DNA of 32,000 nt, from the NCBI GenBank assembly GCA_000166095.1, contig CP002278.1, positions 360,001 through 392,000 on the forward strand, written 5' to 3'. Position numbers and translations under genes: made by a program. The notes under the pieces were generated by a model. It ran no database searches. It saw only the letters and a list, made by a program, of their open reading frames with translations, and had not been told where the DNA came from. The stretch comes from Methanothermus fervidus DSM 2088 (GTDB lineage: Archaea; Methanobacteriota; Methanobacteria; DSM-2088; Methanothermaceae). Position 1 is the first letter of the stretch. Each line of letters starts with the position of its first letter. Of this stretch, positions 11,489-22,335 are shown in pieces.

Positions 11489-13204
11489 TTATTTTATAGT
11501 CATTAAAGTGTCTCCTGGTTCAACATTGTCACCTTCTTCCACAAAAATTTTTTCTACAACTCCTGTACGTGGAGCTTGTATATCATTTTCCATTTTCATT
11601 GCCTCAATAACAGCAACTACATCTCCTTTTTTTACTTTATCCCCTTCTTTTACCTTTAATTTAGTTACCATACCTCGTACAGTAGAAACAACTCCTCCCT
11701 CAACCTTTTTAGGAGGCATTGGTTTTTCCAATTCTTCATGTGGTATATAACCTGTAGGAATAACTTTAACTTCATATTCATCTCCATCTATTTCTACATG
11801 GTAATGAGTAGGTATACTTAATTCTTTTTTCGGTGTTTTTTCTTCTTCTGGAGGTTCTAAAGGTTCTTCTTTTAATTCTCCTCTGAGAAATCTAGGAGCT
11901 ATTGAAGGATATAAAGCAAATGTCAATACATCTTCCTCTTTTTTAATTATACCCATCTTTTCTCCATCTTTTTTATATTTTTCATATTGGGGCTCCAATA
12001 AATCTGCTGGACGGCAATCTATTGGTTTTTCATTGCCTATAACTTTTTTCTTAACTTTAGGATTTACAGGTGCTGGAGGTCTTCCATAAAATCCTCTGAA
12101 ATATTCTTTTACTTCATTTGATACTAATTTATATCTTTCGCCACCAACTATATTCATAACTGCTTGTGTACCAACTATTTGGCTAGTTGGAGTAACTAAT
12201 GGAGGGTAACCCATGTCTTTCCTAACTTTAGGTACTTCCTTCAACACTTCTTCAAATTTATCAAGCATATTTTGTTCTTTAAGTTGTGCAACAAGATTTG
12301 AAAGCATTCCCCCTGGTATTTGATATTTTAAAACATCTGTATCTATTCTCTCAGCGATTGGATCTATAAATTTTTTGTATTTGTCTCTGATTTTTTCAAA
12401 ATACTTTTTTATTTCACTTAGGAGTTCCATATTCAATTTAGGGTCATATTTTGTATTTTTTAATGCTGCAGCGATACTTTCAGTTGGTGGTTGAGAAGCA
12501 CCCCAAGATAATGGGGAAATTGCAGTATCTAATATATCCACACCTGCTTCACATGCAACATAATAACTTATTGGAGCCATTCCACTTGTACAATGACAAT
12601 GCAAATTAACAAGTAAGTCTGTCTCTTCTTTTAAAGATTTAACTAATTTATATGTATCTTTTGGGGATATAAGTCCTGCCATGTCTTTTATAGCTATGGA
12701 GTCACATCCTAGGTCTTCTAACTTTTTTGCAAATTCAACATATTTATCTATAGTGTGATATGGGCTTATTGTGTAACATATTGTACCTTGTACATGCGCA
12801 CCTTGTTCTTTAGCAACTTTTATTGCATGTTCCATATTACGAATATCATTAAGAGCATCAAATATTCTAAAAATATCAACACCATTTTCATATGCTTTCT
12901 CTATAAATTTTTCCACAATATCATCAGGATAATGCTTATAACCAACAAGGTTTTGTCCACGCAACAACATTTGAATTTTTGTCTTTTTTAAATTTTCCCG
13001 AATTTTTTTAAGTCTTTCCCACGGATCTTCATTTAAATATCTTATACAGACATCGAAGGTTGCTCCACCCCATGCTTCAAGTGCATAATACCCTACTTTA
13101 TCCATTTTTTCAAGAATAGGTATCATGTCCCGCGTACGTAACCTGGTGGCCATAAGCGATTGGTGTGCGTCCCTAAGCGCAGTTTCAACAATTTTGATAC
13201 CCAT
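11489..13204 (-). CDS. pycB: Pyruvate carboxylase subunit B / oxaloacetate decarboxylase alpha-type with C-terminal biotinyl domain
   Basis: VETALRDAHQSLMATRLRTRDM; FRIFDALND; CHCTSGMAPISYY; biotinyl motif VIEAMKMENDI. Confidence 0.93.
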   Translation of the reverse strand: MGIKIVETALRDAHQSLMATRLRTRDMIPILEKMDKVGYYALEAWGGATFDVCIRYLNEDPWERLKKIRENLKKTKIQMLLRGQNLVGYKHYPDDIVEKFIEKAYENGVDIFRIFDALNDIRNMEHAIKVAKEQGAHVQGTICYTISPYHTIDKYVEFAKKLEDLGCDSIAIKDMAGLISPKDTYKLVKSLKEETDLLVNLHCHCTSGMAPISYYVACEAGVDILDTAISPLSWGASQPPTESIAAALKNTKYDPKLNMELLSEIKKYFEKIRDKYKKFIDPIAERIDTDVLKYQIPGGMLSNLVAQLKEQNMLDKFEEVLKEVPKVRKDMGYPPLVTPTSQIVGTQAVMNIVGGERYKLVSNEVKEYFRGFYGRPPAPVNPKVKKKVIGNEKPIDCRPADLLEPQYEKYKKDGEKMGIIKKEEDVLTFALYPSIAPRFLRGELKEEPLEPPEEEKTPKKELSIPTHYHVEIDGDEYEVKVIPTGYIPHEELEKPMPPKKVEGGVVSTVRGMVTKLKVKEGDKVKKGDVVAVIEAMKMENDIQAPRTGVVEKIFVEEGDNVEPGDTLMTIK

Positions 13205-13229
13205 GAGGATCCCTATCCTAACTTTTATT

Positions 13230-13778
13230 TCATGTATCTTTTCTTACTTCTTTAATAAATCTTGATAAGATTTTCTTTGGTGAAAGAGGTATAGTAGGCA
13301 CTTTACTATTTCCAGGTTTCACTTTGATATGGACAAAAATTGGTCCATTACATTTTAGTACTTTTTTGAAATTTATCTCATCTTCAAAAAAGAATGTCTT
13401 TAATCCAACACTTTTTGCTATTTCACTAAGATTTACACACTTAGCATAAGTAGGTTGTGAACCAGTTGTTGAATAAGATTCATTGTCAAGGACTACAAGT
13501 ATAAAATTACGTGGTTTTTGGCATGCAATAGTAACTAAACTATTTAAATTCATTAATATTGAACCATCGCCATCCAATACAACGACCTTCTTATTAGGTT
13601 TTGCTAATGCTATTCCCAACCCTATTGAAGATGCCATCCCCATTGATCCAAGCATGTAAAAATTTTTACTTGAATCTTTAACATGATAAAGTTCCCTAGC
13701 AGGAAATCCTAAAGTACATACAACAATCTCATCTTTAATATCTTCCATTATTTTTTTAATAGCCTCTATTCTTTCCAA
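13230..13778 (-). CDS. comE: Sulfopyruvate decarboxylase beta subunit (coenzyme M biosynthesis)
   Basis: Thiamine-PP binding motif [16 protein letters not shown]...[13 protein letters not shown]. Contiguous with comD and comC. Confidence 0.88.
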   Translation of the reverse strand: MERIEAIKKIMEDIKDEIVVCTLGFPARELYHVKDSSKNFYMLGSMGMASSIGLGIALAKPNKKVVVLDGDGSILMNLNSLVTIACQKPRNFILVVLDNESYSTTGSQPTYAKCVNLSEIAKSVGLKTFFFEDEINFKKVLKCNGPIFVHIKVKPGNSKVPTIPLSPKKILSRFIKEVRKDT

Positions 13779-14275
13779 AATGACACCTCTAAAAGTATAG
13801 CTGTAGGTGTCTTATTTTCATATGCGATGTTCCAAGCCTCTACAATTTTATCTCTAGCTTCTGCAGCTGTTTCTGGTCTAAAAGTTGGAATTTTAAGAGA
13901 ATGTAAAATTTTTGGTGTAGCATTTCCCATAGGCATTTGTGCTTCTATTTTTTCACCTTTTGTACCTCTATGACTTATAACCATCAATATAGGTATACCA
14001 TAAAATAAATAAAGAGATGCAAGTACATTTACAGAGTTTCCCAGCCCAGAATTTTGCATCAGTATTGCAGTATTTTTTCCAGCAATGTAAGCTCCAGCAG
14101 CAATGCCAAATCCTTCTTCTTCTCTGTTTACCGGTATATGTGTTATATCTTTATCATTTTCTACTAATTCCAATACTTTAGATAAATATACACAAGGCAC
14201 ACTTACAACAAAGTCTATACCAGCATTTTTGATACCTTCATAGACAGCTCTACTAGGATTCAAAATTTTCACCAT
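13766..14275 (-). CDS. comD: Sulfopyruvate decarboxylase alpha subunit
   Basis: [20 protein letters not shown]; [35 protein letters not shown]. Overlaps comE and comC. Confidence 0.88.
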   Translation of the reverse strand: MVKILNPSRAVYEGIKNAGIDFVVSVPCVYLSKVLELVENDKDITHIPVNREEEGFGIAAGAYIAGKNTAILMQNSGLGNSVNVLASLYLFYGIPILMVISHRGTKGEKIEAQMPMGNATPKILHSLKIPTFRPETAAEARDKIVEAWNIAYENKTPTAILLEVSFWKE

Positions 14276-15288
14276 GTTAGTTCAATGTTGAGTTCGTCTG
14301 CTATTTCTTTCAACTTTTCAACAAGCTTTTTATCTAGCTCTATGCCTTCCTTCTCCCGTTTTTTGATATTCATTCGTTCTCGATCTCCAGGTATTAAAAC
14401 ATCTTTTCCTGTAGATTTTATTTCTTTAACAAATTCATCTACATTTCTTTTAAATTCTTCTATATCATAAAATTTTGAGGGATCTATAGCTATGAGTAAA
14501 TCTCCTTTTGTACACATTTGTGAAGGATCTACAGTACCTTTAACCTTAGATCCAAATTCTGCTTTAACAAGAGGACCTGCAAGAATTTCTATCATAAAAC
14601 ATAAAGCATATCCTTTGTGTCCTCCAAATGGTAAAATTGATCCATTTAACGCCTCATTTGGATCGGTAGTTGGATTTCCATTTTTGTCTACTGCAATACC
14701 CTCAGGTATTTTTTCATTTTTTCTTGCAGCTTCTAAAAGTTTACCTCTTGCAACCGCAGCAGTTGACATATCAACAGCAACATAATACTCATTTGATGGA
14801 ATACTTATTGCTATAGGATTTGTACCTAATACTGGTATTTTACCTCCCAATGGAGCTACAGCTGGCTCTGTGTTAGTCATAGTAATTCCAATCATGTCAT
14901 TTTTCATTGCCATGTCTGAGTAATATCCTGCAATTCCAAAATGATTTGAATCATGTATGCCTACAATGCCGACACCAGTATTTTTAGCTTTCTCAATTGC
15001 TAATTTCATGCCTTTATATGCTACTACCTGTCCTAAGAGATGATTACCATTTATCAGTGCAACAGAGTCTGTTTCTTTTTCTATTTCAATGTTTCCTGAT
15101 GTTTTTATAGTACCTAGCTTAATACCTTCAACATACTGTGGAAATCTTCCAATACCATGAGATGTAAATCCTTTCAGATCTGCATCAACAATTACATCTG
15201 CAGTTATTTTAGCATGTTCCTCAGATACTCCCAATGCATTTAGTATTTTTATTATGAGTGATCTTTCTTCTTCTGGACTTATTATCAA
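14269..15288 (-). CDS. comC: L-2-hydroxycarboxylate (sulfolactate) dehydrogenase
   Basis: LDH2/MDH2 family: [23 protein letters not shown]; [12 protein letters not shown]; [20 protein letters not shown] start preceded by GAGGTG. Confidence 0.87.
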   Translation of the reverse strand: MIISPEEERSLIIKILNALGVSEEHAKITADVIVDADLKGFTSHGIGRFPQYVEGIKLGTIKTSGNIEIEKETDSVALINGNHLLGQVVAYKGMKLAIEKAKNTGVGIVGIHDSNHFGIAGYYSDMAMKNDMIGITMTNTEPAVAPLGGKIPVLGTNPIAISIPSNEYYVAVDMSTAAVARGKLLEAARKNEKIPEGIAVDKNGNPTTDPNEALNGSILPFGGHKGYALCFMIEILAGPLVKAEFGSKVKGTVDPSQMCTKGDLLIAIDPSKFYDIEEFKRNVDEFVKEIKSTGKDVLIPGDRERMNIKKREKEGIELDKKLVEKLKEIADELNIELTW

Positions 15289-15323
15289 TTTAACACCTCT
15301 TCTATACTATTGATAGCTCCAAA

Positions 15324-16343
15324 TTAAATTGATATTATTTTGTCTTTAAATGTTTTTATTCTTAATATTTTATCTTCAGTGACTTTACCAATAATACTGG
15401 TATCTATATAATTGTTTAAAATGTTGAGAGCCTTAGAAGCATCCTTTTTCTTTACAATCACAATAAAACCTACTCCCATATTAAATACCTTATACATTTC
15501 ATCCAATGGTACTCCTAATTTATAAATAGATTTAAAAATTGGTTGTGGTTCTGGTAAGTTGTCTAAATAATATCCAACATCTTCATTAAGCCTCTCTAGA
15601 TTTTTAAAACCGCCGCCAGTTATATGCACAAGCCCATGGATCTCAACATCACTTTTTAATAATTTGAGTATTGGTTTTACGTAAATTCTTGTGGGTTTTA
15701 ATAATTCATTTCCTATTTTGACATCAGGAAAACCAGGCAATGGATCATCAACATTTAAAGATTCTTCCTCAAAAAATACTTTTCTTGCCAAACTTAAACC
15801 ATTACTATGGATACCATTACTTTTCATTCCAATTACAACATCGCCTACTTCTATTCTACTTCCATCAATAATCTCATTTTCGATTATTCCGATACCTGTT
15901 CCAGCAAGGTCAAACCCATTTATTATATCTGGTAAAGAAGCTGTTTCTCCACCAATTATGCCAATGTTTGACATTTTTGCTCCTTTTGCTAAACCTTTAC
16001 CAATCTCTTCTGCAATTTTTGGGTCTGGTTTTTCAAATGCTAAATAATCGACCATGGCTACAGGTTTGGCTCCTACACATAGAAGGTCATTTACAACCAT
16101 TGCAACACAATCTATGCCAATTGTATCATATTTTTTCATCATGTTTGCAACAATGATTTTGCTACCAACACCATCCGTAGTCATTGCTATTTTTTTCTTA
16201 TCAACTTCTATTACAGAAGCAAAATGACCATGTTTTCCTATAAATTTGACAAAATTAAATGTATCTTTAAGGTTTTTTGTCAATGCTAAAATTGTTTTTT
16301 CCTCTAGATTTATATCTACACCAGATTCTGAATATGTTACCAC
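15324..16343 (-). CDS. purM: Phosphoribosylformylglycinamidine cyclo-ligase
   Basis: TYSESGVDI; TMTTDGVGSKIIVA; GGETASLPDII; GLVHITGGGFKNLERL-type motifs. Confidence 0.96.
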   Translation of the reverse strand: MVTYSESGVDINLEEKTILALTKNLKDTFNFVKFIGKHGHFASVIEVDKKKIAMTTDGVGSKIIVANMMKKYDTIGIDCVAMVVNDLLCVGAKPVAMVDYLAFEKPDPKIAEEIGKGLAKGAKMSNIGIIGGETASLPDIINGFDLAGTGIGIIENEIIDGSRIEVGDVVIGMKSNGIHSNGLSLARKVFFEEESLNVDDPLPGFPDVKIGNELLKPTRIYVKPILKLLKSDVEIHGLVHITGGGFKNLERLNEDVGYYLDNLPEPQPIFKSIYKLGVPLDEMYKVFNMGVGFIVIVKKKDASKALNILNNYIDTSIIGKVTEDKILRIKTFKDKIISI

Positions 16344-16384
16344 ATTACCACCTCAAGCAAAAACATAATTAAAACCAATTCGAT

Positions 16385-18292
16385 TCAATATATACGTACA
16401 GCTTCTAAATTTAAAGGAGCCCTGGTTTCTATTCTGTATTTTTTGTAAATACTTGAGGCAAGATCTAATGATTTATAGGCATTGCCATGACACACTAGAA
16501 TTTTCTCAGGCTTAGGTGAAAGATTATGTACATATTTCATCAATTGTTTTCTGTCAGAGTGACCACTGAATCCTTCAATTGTTTCTATTTGCATTTTGAC
16601 TTTGTAAACCTTCATTTTACCATTTTCTTCAAAGGTGATATCTCTCCGATTTTTTTGTAGTCTTCTTCCTAACGAACCTTCAGCTTGATAACCAACAAAG
16701 ACTAATGTATTCTTTTCATCTTCACATAACCATTTGAAATATTCTACAGAATTTCCTCCAGCTAACATTCCTGATGTTGACAATATAACACAAGGTTCTC
16801 CTTCTACGACATCCTTTCGTTCATCTGAACTACTTACCTTATTAAAAATCTCAGAAGTAAATGGATTGTATCCGTAATGAAATATTTGGTCGGAAAGAGT
16901 TTTACTGAGATATTCTGGCCTCGTTGTATGTATTGCAGTTGCTTCCCAAACCATGCCGTCAACAAATATAGGTATCTCCTCTAATATTCCACTTTTAATA
17001 TATTCATCAAGAACAACCATTAATTCTTGGGCTCTTCCTACAGCAAAAACAGGGATTAATACTTTACCTCCTCTTTTTATAGTATCATAAATAACTTTTA
17101 TCAATCTTTTTTCTGCCATTTCTCTGCTTGGTTGAATATCTTCCTTTCCACCATATGTACTCTCCATTACAAGTGTTTCTAGTCTAGGAAAATCTGTTAC
17201 TGCCGGTTCTAGTAATCTAGTTTTTTCATATTTAAAATCCCCAGTATATACAAGATTATGTTGTCCATCGCCGATATGTAAATGTAGAATTGCTGAACCT
17301 AATATATGTCCAGCATTATGCAATGTAAGTCTGATATCAGGAGTTATATCAGTAACTTCCCCATATTCAAGTGTTATAGTATGTTTCAAACATTTATTAA
17401 CATCTTTGGCATTGAATGGTAATTCACGACCTTCTCTCTCAGCTATATCTATATGATCTAATTGTAGAAGAGCCATCAAATCTCGTGTTGGTGCACTACA
17501 GTATACTGGACCTCTATAACCATAATGATATAGATAAGGTACAAAACCTGAATGATCTAAATGTGCATGGGAAATTACAACGGCTTCTATTTCATCAAGA
17601 ATGAACTCAGGGATATTTAAATAAGGATACGCATTTTTCTCATCATTTGCAGCTACATTGACGCCACAATCCAATAAAATTTTACTATTTGGGGTTTGTA
17701 AATATAGACAAGACCTTCCAACTTCTCTAAAACCTCCTAGAGCTGTTATTCGTGCCCAATCATTTTCATACTTGGGCTGTCTATGTATTCTACATCCTAA
17801 ATTACGTAATATTTGTCTTCTTTTTTTACTTTCCCTTCTAAGTAATTTTCTAATTTTTTCAACAATTTTTGAAGGTATTGGAGGTGTTCTTAATATTTTT
17901 GGGACCCAACCAGTATGTTTTATTATACTTTTTGATGTTGAACCATGTTTGCCAATTACTAAACCAGGTTTCCTTGCTTCTACTATAACTTCACCAGTTA
18001 CATCGTCAAAATATATGTTTGTAATTTTAGCTTCCTCTGGTACTATTTCTTTTATTTTTTCAATTGTCTTTTCAGGATCAAGAAGCGCTGATGCATCTGA
18101 ACGTACAATTATTCTCTTTTTTAATTCTTTAGCCAATGTACGAATTAATCCACCATCTTCAGCTACTATCTCTGGATTTTTTGTGTAAACAACCAATTCA
18201 GGGCCTTCAAATTCAACTTTTGTAATTTCAACATTTTCAGGTATTTTACTTGCTATAACTTTTCTAATTTCTTTAAGAATCTCTGATGTCAT
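16385..18292 (-). CDS. aCPSF1/FttA-type beta-CASP ribonuclease (KH domains + metallo-beta-lactamase)
   Basis: N-terminal KH-like region with GLVIGKHG; MBL motif [13 protein letters not shown]; [11 protein letters not shown]; [13 protein letters not shown]; STYGG; beta-[14 protein letters not shown]; GFSGHSDR. Start assigned at ATG 18292 (MTSEILKEI); ORF opens at 18337. Confidence 0.95.
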   Translation of the reverse strand: MTSEILKEIRKVIASKIPENVEITKVEFEGPELVVYTKNPEIVAEDGGLIRTLAKELKKRIIVRSDASALLDPEKTIEKIKEIVPEEAKITNIYFDDVTGEVIVEARKPGLVIGKHGSTSKSIIKHTGWVPKILRTPPIPSKIVEKIRKLLRRESKKRRQILRNLGCRIHRQPKYENDWARITALGGFREVGRSCLYLQTPNSKILLDCGVNVAANDEKNAYPYLNIPEFILDEIEAVVISHAHLDHSGFVPYLYHYGYRGPVYCSAPTRDLMALLQLDHIDIAEREGRELPFNAKDVNKCLKHTITLEYGEVTDITPDIRLTLHNAGHILGSAILHLHIGDGQHNLVYTGDFKYEKTRLLEPAVTDFPRLETLVMESTYGGKEDIQPSREMAEKRLIKVIYDTIKRGGKVLIPVFAVGRAQELMVVLDEYIKSGILEEIPIFVDGMVWEATAIHTTRPEYLSKTLSDQIFHYGYNPFTSEIFNKVSSSDERKDVVEGEPCVILSTSGMLAGGNSVEYFKWLCEDEKNTLVFVGYQAEGSLGRRLQKNRRDITFEENGKMKVYKVKMQIETIEGFSGHSDRKQLMKYVHNLSPKPEKILVCHGNAYKSLDLASSIYKKYRIETRAPLNLEAVRIY

Positions 18293-18330
18293 AGAATCAC
18301 TGGAAAATAAATTTTTAAAAAAAAGAAGAA

Positions 18331-18966
18331 TTAGCAATCAATCTCCTTTATCTTAGATTTTATATATTTTTCATCAAACCTTTTGAATCCTTCCTTTTCA
18401 GTTACAACTGCTAATGAGATACCATCCCCAGAAAATGTATCTCTCTTTGTTGAAGATTTAATAGCACGTAAGGCAATGTTAATAGCATCTTCAACACTCA
18501 TGTCTTTTTTATACCTATCTTCTAAAACCCCATAAGCTATTGGAGATCCAGAACCTGTTGAAACATATTTATCTTCAATTTTACCACCAGCAGGGTCAAC
18601 AGAATAAATTTTAGGTCCGGTTTCATCTATTCCACCAATCAACATTTGAACAATAAATGGAAACATTCTACTTGCATGGAGAATATTAGATGCAATGCTT
18701 GCAGCTGCCCTAACAGTTGCAGGTTTTCCAGTCCTTAATTTATATAATCTTACTTCAGCTTTTAAATATTCTACTAATTTCTGGGCGTCGCCAACTGAAC
18801 CAGCAACAGTAGTAGCAAGGTGCTCATCAATTTTAAAAATTTTATCTACAGCCTTATGGGCTATTAGGTTCCCCAAAGTTGCTCTTTTTTCACTGGCAAA
18901 AACAATGCCATCTTTGCATACTATTCCTACTGTTGTGGTGCCTTTAAAATTATTTCTATTACTCAT
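18331..18966 (-). CDS. psmB: 20S proteasome beta subunit
   Basis: MSNRNNFKG^[23 protein letters not shown] with N-terminal Thr after a short propeptide; [30 protein letters not shown] upstream. Confidence 0.95.
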   Translation of the reverse strand: MSNRNNFKGTTTVGIVCKDGIVFASEKRATLGNLIAHKAVDKIFKIDEHLATTVAGSVGDAQKLVEYLKAEVRLYKLRTGKPATVRAAASIASNILHASRMFPFIVQMLIGGIDETGPKIYSVDPAGGKIEDKYVSTGSGSPIAYGVLEDRYKKDMSVEDAINIALRAIKSSTKRDTFSGDGISLAVVTEKEGFKRFDEKYIKSKIKEIDC

Positions 18967-18980
18967 ATACACACCTCTTG

Positions 18981-18998
18981 ATTCTATAAAAATAGAAT
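18981..18998. promoter_or_regulatory. Inverted repeat upstream of psmB
   Basis: ATTCTAT-AAAA-ATAGAAT perfect 7-4-7 palindrome, about 15 bp upstream of the psmB start. Confidence 0.4.
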
Positions 18999-19333
18999 AC
19001 GCTGCATTAATTTTTTGGAAAATTCTTAACTTCTGACGCTCTCAGAATACCAATTTCCAAAATTTTAATCAGAAATGTTGTAGGTTTTTACAATAATATA
19101 TATTTTATGTTTTCTTAGAGAATTGATGTTGACAACCTCCACAGAAAAAACTTTTCTGTTTCCAGCAATGAAACTACCTAACCATGTTTACAAAAATCTT
19201 ATTCCAAATTAAAATTCTGTTCACAATAATAATTCTTTTAACAATTATAAAAAGTTTTCGGCTTTTTCCTTCGGAAATGAAATTCCTAATGAAATATTAA
19301 AAAAATTTGTAAAAAAAGCCTAAAAAAGATATT

Positions 19334-20419
19334 TTATGTGATCAATTCTGTTAGCATGTCTTTTTTCAATGCATTTTTAATTTCTCTAGCAATTCTTCGC
19401 CCCATGCTCATTCCTTCGCCATAAAGTAAGTAACTATATGGAGATCCATTCATAAATGTGTTTGTACCACCATCTGATCTTGCACTCATCTCAAAGGTTA
19501 CTATTTCTAACTCATCAGTGCAAATCGTTTGAAGACAAAATGGTCCATTCATGCCAGGAGGCACAAGTTTTTTAGCAGCTTCTACAACTTTATCACCAAT
19601 TTCAAATGCCTGAACTAATAAAGATTCCCTCATTACTACTGGATGGTTCCCTGTGATAACATAAGAAGGATTTATATCCATATCTAATTGATCTTTAGCA
19701 GGTATTCTCACAAGTCCATCAATATTTGATTCAAATCTTGAATCCATTCCTAATATTTCAACTTCATCTTTAAGTACGGAATAAAAATACTGAATACAAA
19801 AATTAGTACCTGTAACATATTCTTCAATGTGAGCTTTGGAAATATCGTCCTCACTAATCCAGTTTTTCTTTTTCATTATTTCTATTTTTTCATAAAATTC
19901 ATCAGGTGAGGAAGCAATGAAATATCCTCTTCCTCCCCTAGCCCCTGGAAATTTAACTATCACAGGCCTATCTATTTTTTCTGGGTCATCGTATTTATAT
20001 GGAATTCTTATTTTTGCTTCTTTCATCAATTTTCTTTCTAACTTTCTTTCTGATTCCCATCTTAATATCTTCCTATTTCCAAACATTGGTAAGTAAAAAT
20101 CATTTTCAATGTTATCAAGGCCAGCATATGCAACAAAAGATCCATGTGGAATCACTATACTATTCATATCTCTCAATTTTTCCTGCACATTTTCATCATT
20201 TATTTCTTTAAATTCATTAACAATTATGAATTCATCTGCAACCCTAAATCTCTCATAAGGTACTTCACGACCTTTTTCACATACTACGGCAGTTCTAAAT
20301 CCTTCTTTTTTTGCACCATGTAATATATGTAAAGCTGTGTGACTACCTAATGTAGCAATAGTTATTTTATCTTTCTCATATTCGTTTAATATTTCCACTA
20401 TTTCCTCTTTTTTTATCAT
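19334..20419 (-). CDS. purP: 5-formaminoimidazole-4-carboxamide-1-(beta)-D-ribofuranosyl 5'-monophosphate synthetase
   Basis: [31 protein letters not shown]; [24 protein letters not shown]; [16 protein letters not shown]; [12 protein letters not shown]. Confidence 0.95.
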   Translation of the reverse strand: MIKKEEIVEILNEYEKDKITIATLGSHTALHILHGAKKEGFRTAVVCEKGREVPYERFRVADEFIIVNEFKEINDENVQEKLRDMNSIVIPHGSFVAYAGLDNIENDFYLPMFGNRKILRWESERKLERKLMKEAKIRIPYKYDDPEKIDRPVIVKFPGARGGRGYFIASSPDEFYEKIEIMKKKNWISEDDISKAHIEEYVTGTNFCIQYFYSVLKDEVEILGMDSRFESNIDGLVRIPAKDQLDMDINPSYVITGNHPVVMRESLLVQAFEIGDKVVEAAKKLVPPGMNGPFCLQTICTDELEIVTFEMSARSDGGTNTFMNGSPYSYLLYGEGMSMGRRIAREIKNALKKDMLTELIT

Positions 20420-20569
20420 TCCTACCCAACCTAGTTTTTTAGGGTAGTTTTTTTATTTTTGATATAAAGATTATCTTTCTTGTTTATGAGAAGCAAAATT
20501 TAAATAATATATGTTACCATACTACTCATTTTGAATCCTAATTCACAATAAAATTGTTTTTACTCAACT

Positions 20570-21292
20570 ATGAAATGGAAAAGAATTGGAGATATTTTAA
20601 TATTAAACAAAAAGATTAATGACATAGAATATTTTAAGAAAAAAGGCATTAAGACAATTGTAAAAATAGAAAAAATAAAAGGAAAAGTTAGAAAACCAGA
20701 AATAAAAATTTTATATGGCTCTGAGACCGAAACTATACATAAAGAAAACAACTGTTTATTCAAACTAGATATTTCAAAAGTAATGTGGTCAAAAGGAAAT
20801 ACATATGAGAGAATGAGAATTGCAAAACTTGTTAATAAAGATGAGACAGTTGTAGACATGTTTGCAGGTATAGGTTACTTCTCAATACCTATAGCTGTTC
20901 ATTCACAACCAAAGAAAGTATTTGCTATTGAAATAAATCCAACTGCATTTAAATATCTAAAAGAAAATATAAAACTTAATAAAGTTGAGAAGAAAGTATT
21001 TCCAATTCTTGGGGATTGCGGCAAAATAGCTCCAGAACTTGATGCAGACAGAGTAATAATGGGATATTTACCAGACCCATCCAAATATTTAGATTCTGCA
21101 ATGCAATGCATATCTGATCGAGGAATTATACATTATCATGAAGCTGTACCAGATAAATTAGGTTTTAAACGCCCAATAAATAGAATAAAATCTGCAGCAA
21201 AAGATAAAGATGTTAAAATTTTACATAAGAGAGTTGTCAAGAAATATGCTCCAGGAGTTTCACATGTTGTTATTGATGCTTTAATTCATTGA
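20570..21292 (+). CDS. taw2: Trm5-family class I SAM methyltransferase, probable Taw2 (wyosine derivative biosynthesis)
   Basis: SAM motif VVDMFAGIGYFSIPIAVH; FAIEINPTAFKYLKENIKLN; ADRVIMGYLPDPSKYLDSAM. Short N-terminus favours Taw2 over Trm5. Confidence 0.8.
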   Translation: MKWKRIGDILILNKKINDIEYFKKKGIKTIVKIEKIKGKVRKPEIKILYGSETETIHKENNCLFKLDISKVMWSKGNTYERMRIAKLVNKDETVVDMFAGIGYFSIPIAVHSQPKKVFAIEINPTAFKYLKENIKLNKVEKKVFPILGDCGKIAPELDADRVIMGYLPDPSKYLDSAMQCISDRGIIHYHEAVPDKLGFKRPINRIKSAAKDKDVKILHKRVVKKYAPGVSHVVIDALIH

Positions 21293-22331
21293 TTTTTTGT
21301 AGAATTTTTTTACTTAAAAATTCTTCTGAGATAAATTTAGGATAAACTGGTAATCTTTCTTTTAATTTAAATCCAGCCTCTTCAGTAAGGTTTTTTAGTT
21401 CATCAATTTCAGGCCATTTAGATTCTGGATTTACATAATCTTTTGTTATTGGTGATACACCTCCCCAATCGTCCGCACCAGCAAAAATGAATAATTGTGC
21501 AGTCTCCCTATTTAAATTTGGTGGTATTTGAACACTAACATCTGGGAAAATCAATTTTGTTACTGCAACGGTTCTTAACATTTCAATTAATGAAGGTTCT
21601 GGATAATTCTCCATCGGAGTTCCTGGTTTTGGTTTAAAATTTTGAATTATGATCTCTTGTATATGACCATATTTGTCATGAATCTTCCTTAATTTAAGCA
21701 ATGATTCAATTCTTTCTTCAACTGTTTCACCAATTCCAATTAATAATCCGGTTGTAAACGGTATTTTTAATTTACCAGCATTTTCAATTGTTTTAAGTCT
21801 GAGTTTAGGATCTTTACCTGGACTATTTTTATGAGCAACAGTCTCCATTAATCTTTCACTGATATTTTCTAACATTAGACCCATCGATGCATTAACTTCT
21901 TTAAGTATTTTCAAATCTTTAAAGCTAAGTACGCCCATGTTTGTATGTGGGAGGAGAGATGTTTCTTCTAAAGTTTCATTGCATAAATAATATACATATT
22001 CCACCATGTTTTCATAACCTAGTCTATCAAGTATGTTATTCACAGGCTCAACAGAATCATCTATCTCACCCATTGTAAACAATGCTTCTTTACATCCATA
22101 TTTTTCTGCTAATTTTAATTTTGACAGAACTTCTTTTGGCATCATCAAAGGTTTTTTATAATTTTCATTTCTAAAAATACAATACCCACACTTATTTCTA
22201 CAAAAAGTAGTGACCGGTATAAAAACATTTTTAGAATAAGTTATGTATTTATCTTTTTTTAGAGAATAAGCTTTTCTCATTAGCTCTAATAAGTCTGAAT
22301 AAAATAATTCTATTGCTTCCTTTTTATTCAT
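21270..22331 (-). CDS. cofG: 7,8-didemethyl-8-hydroxy-5-deazariboflavin synthase subunit 1 (F420 biosynthesis)
   Basis: Radical SAM motif CRNKCGYCIF; FKPKPGTPMENYPEP; AGADDWGGVSPIT. Start at ATG 22331. Confidence 0.93.
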   Translation of the reverse strand: MNKKEAIELFYSDLLELMRKAYSLKKDKYITYSKNVFIPVTTFCRNKCGYCIFRNENYKKPLMMPKEVLSKLKLAEKYGCKEALFTMGEIDDSVEPVNNILDRLGYENMVEYVYYLCNETLEETSLLPHTNMGVLSFKDLKILKEVNASMGLMLENISERLMETVAHKNSPGKDPKLRLKTIENAGKLKIPFTTGLLIGIGETVEERIESLLKLRKIHDKYGHIQEIIIQNFKPKPGTPMENYPEPSLIEMLRTVAVTKLIFPDVSVQIPPNLNRETAQLFIFAGADDWGGVSPITKDYVNPESKWPEIDELKNLTEEAGFKLKERLPVYPKFISEEFLSKKILQKINELKHQ

Positions 22332-22335
22332 GTTT

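Noticed and set aside
13230-14275. comD/comE as acetolactate synthase or phosphonopyruvate decarboxylase
   Set aside because: The separate short alpha and beta subunits and the overlap with comC in a methanogen fit sulfopyruvate decarboxylase better.
17416-18188. Plus-strand ORFs of 62 and 176 aa inside the FttA-type gene
   Set aside because: Antisense to highly conserved metallo-beta-lactamase and KH sequence. The 176-aa length is explained by codon bias of the opposite strand.
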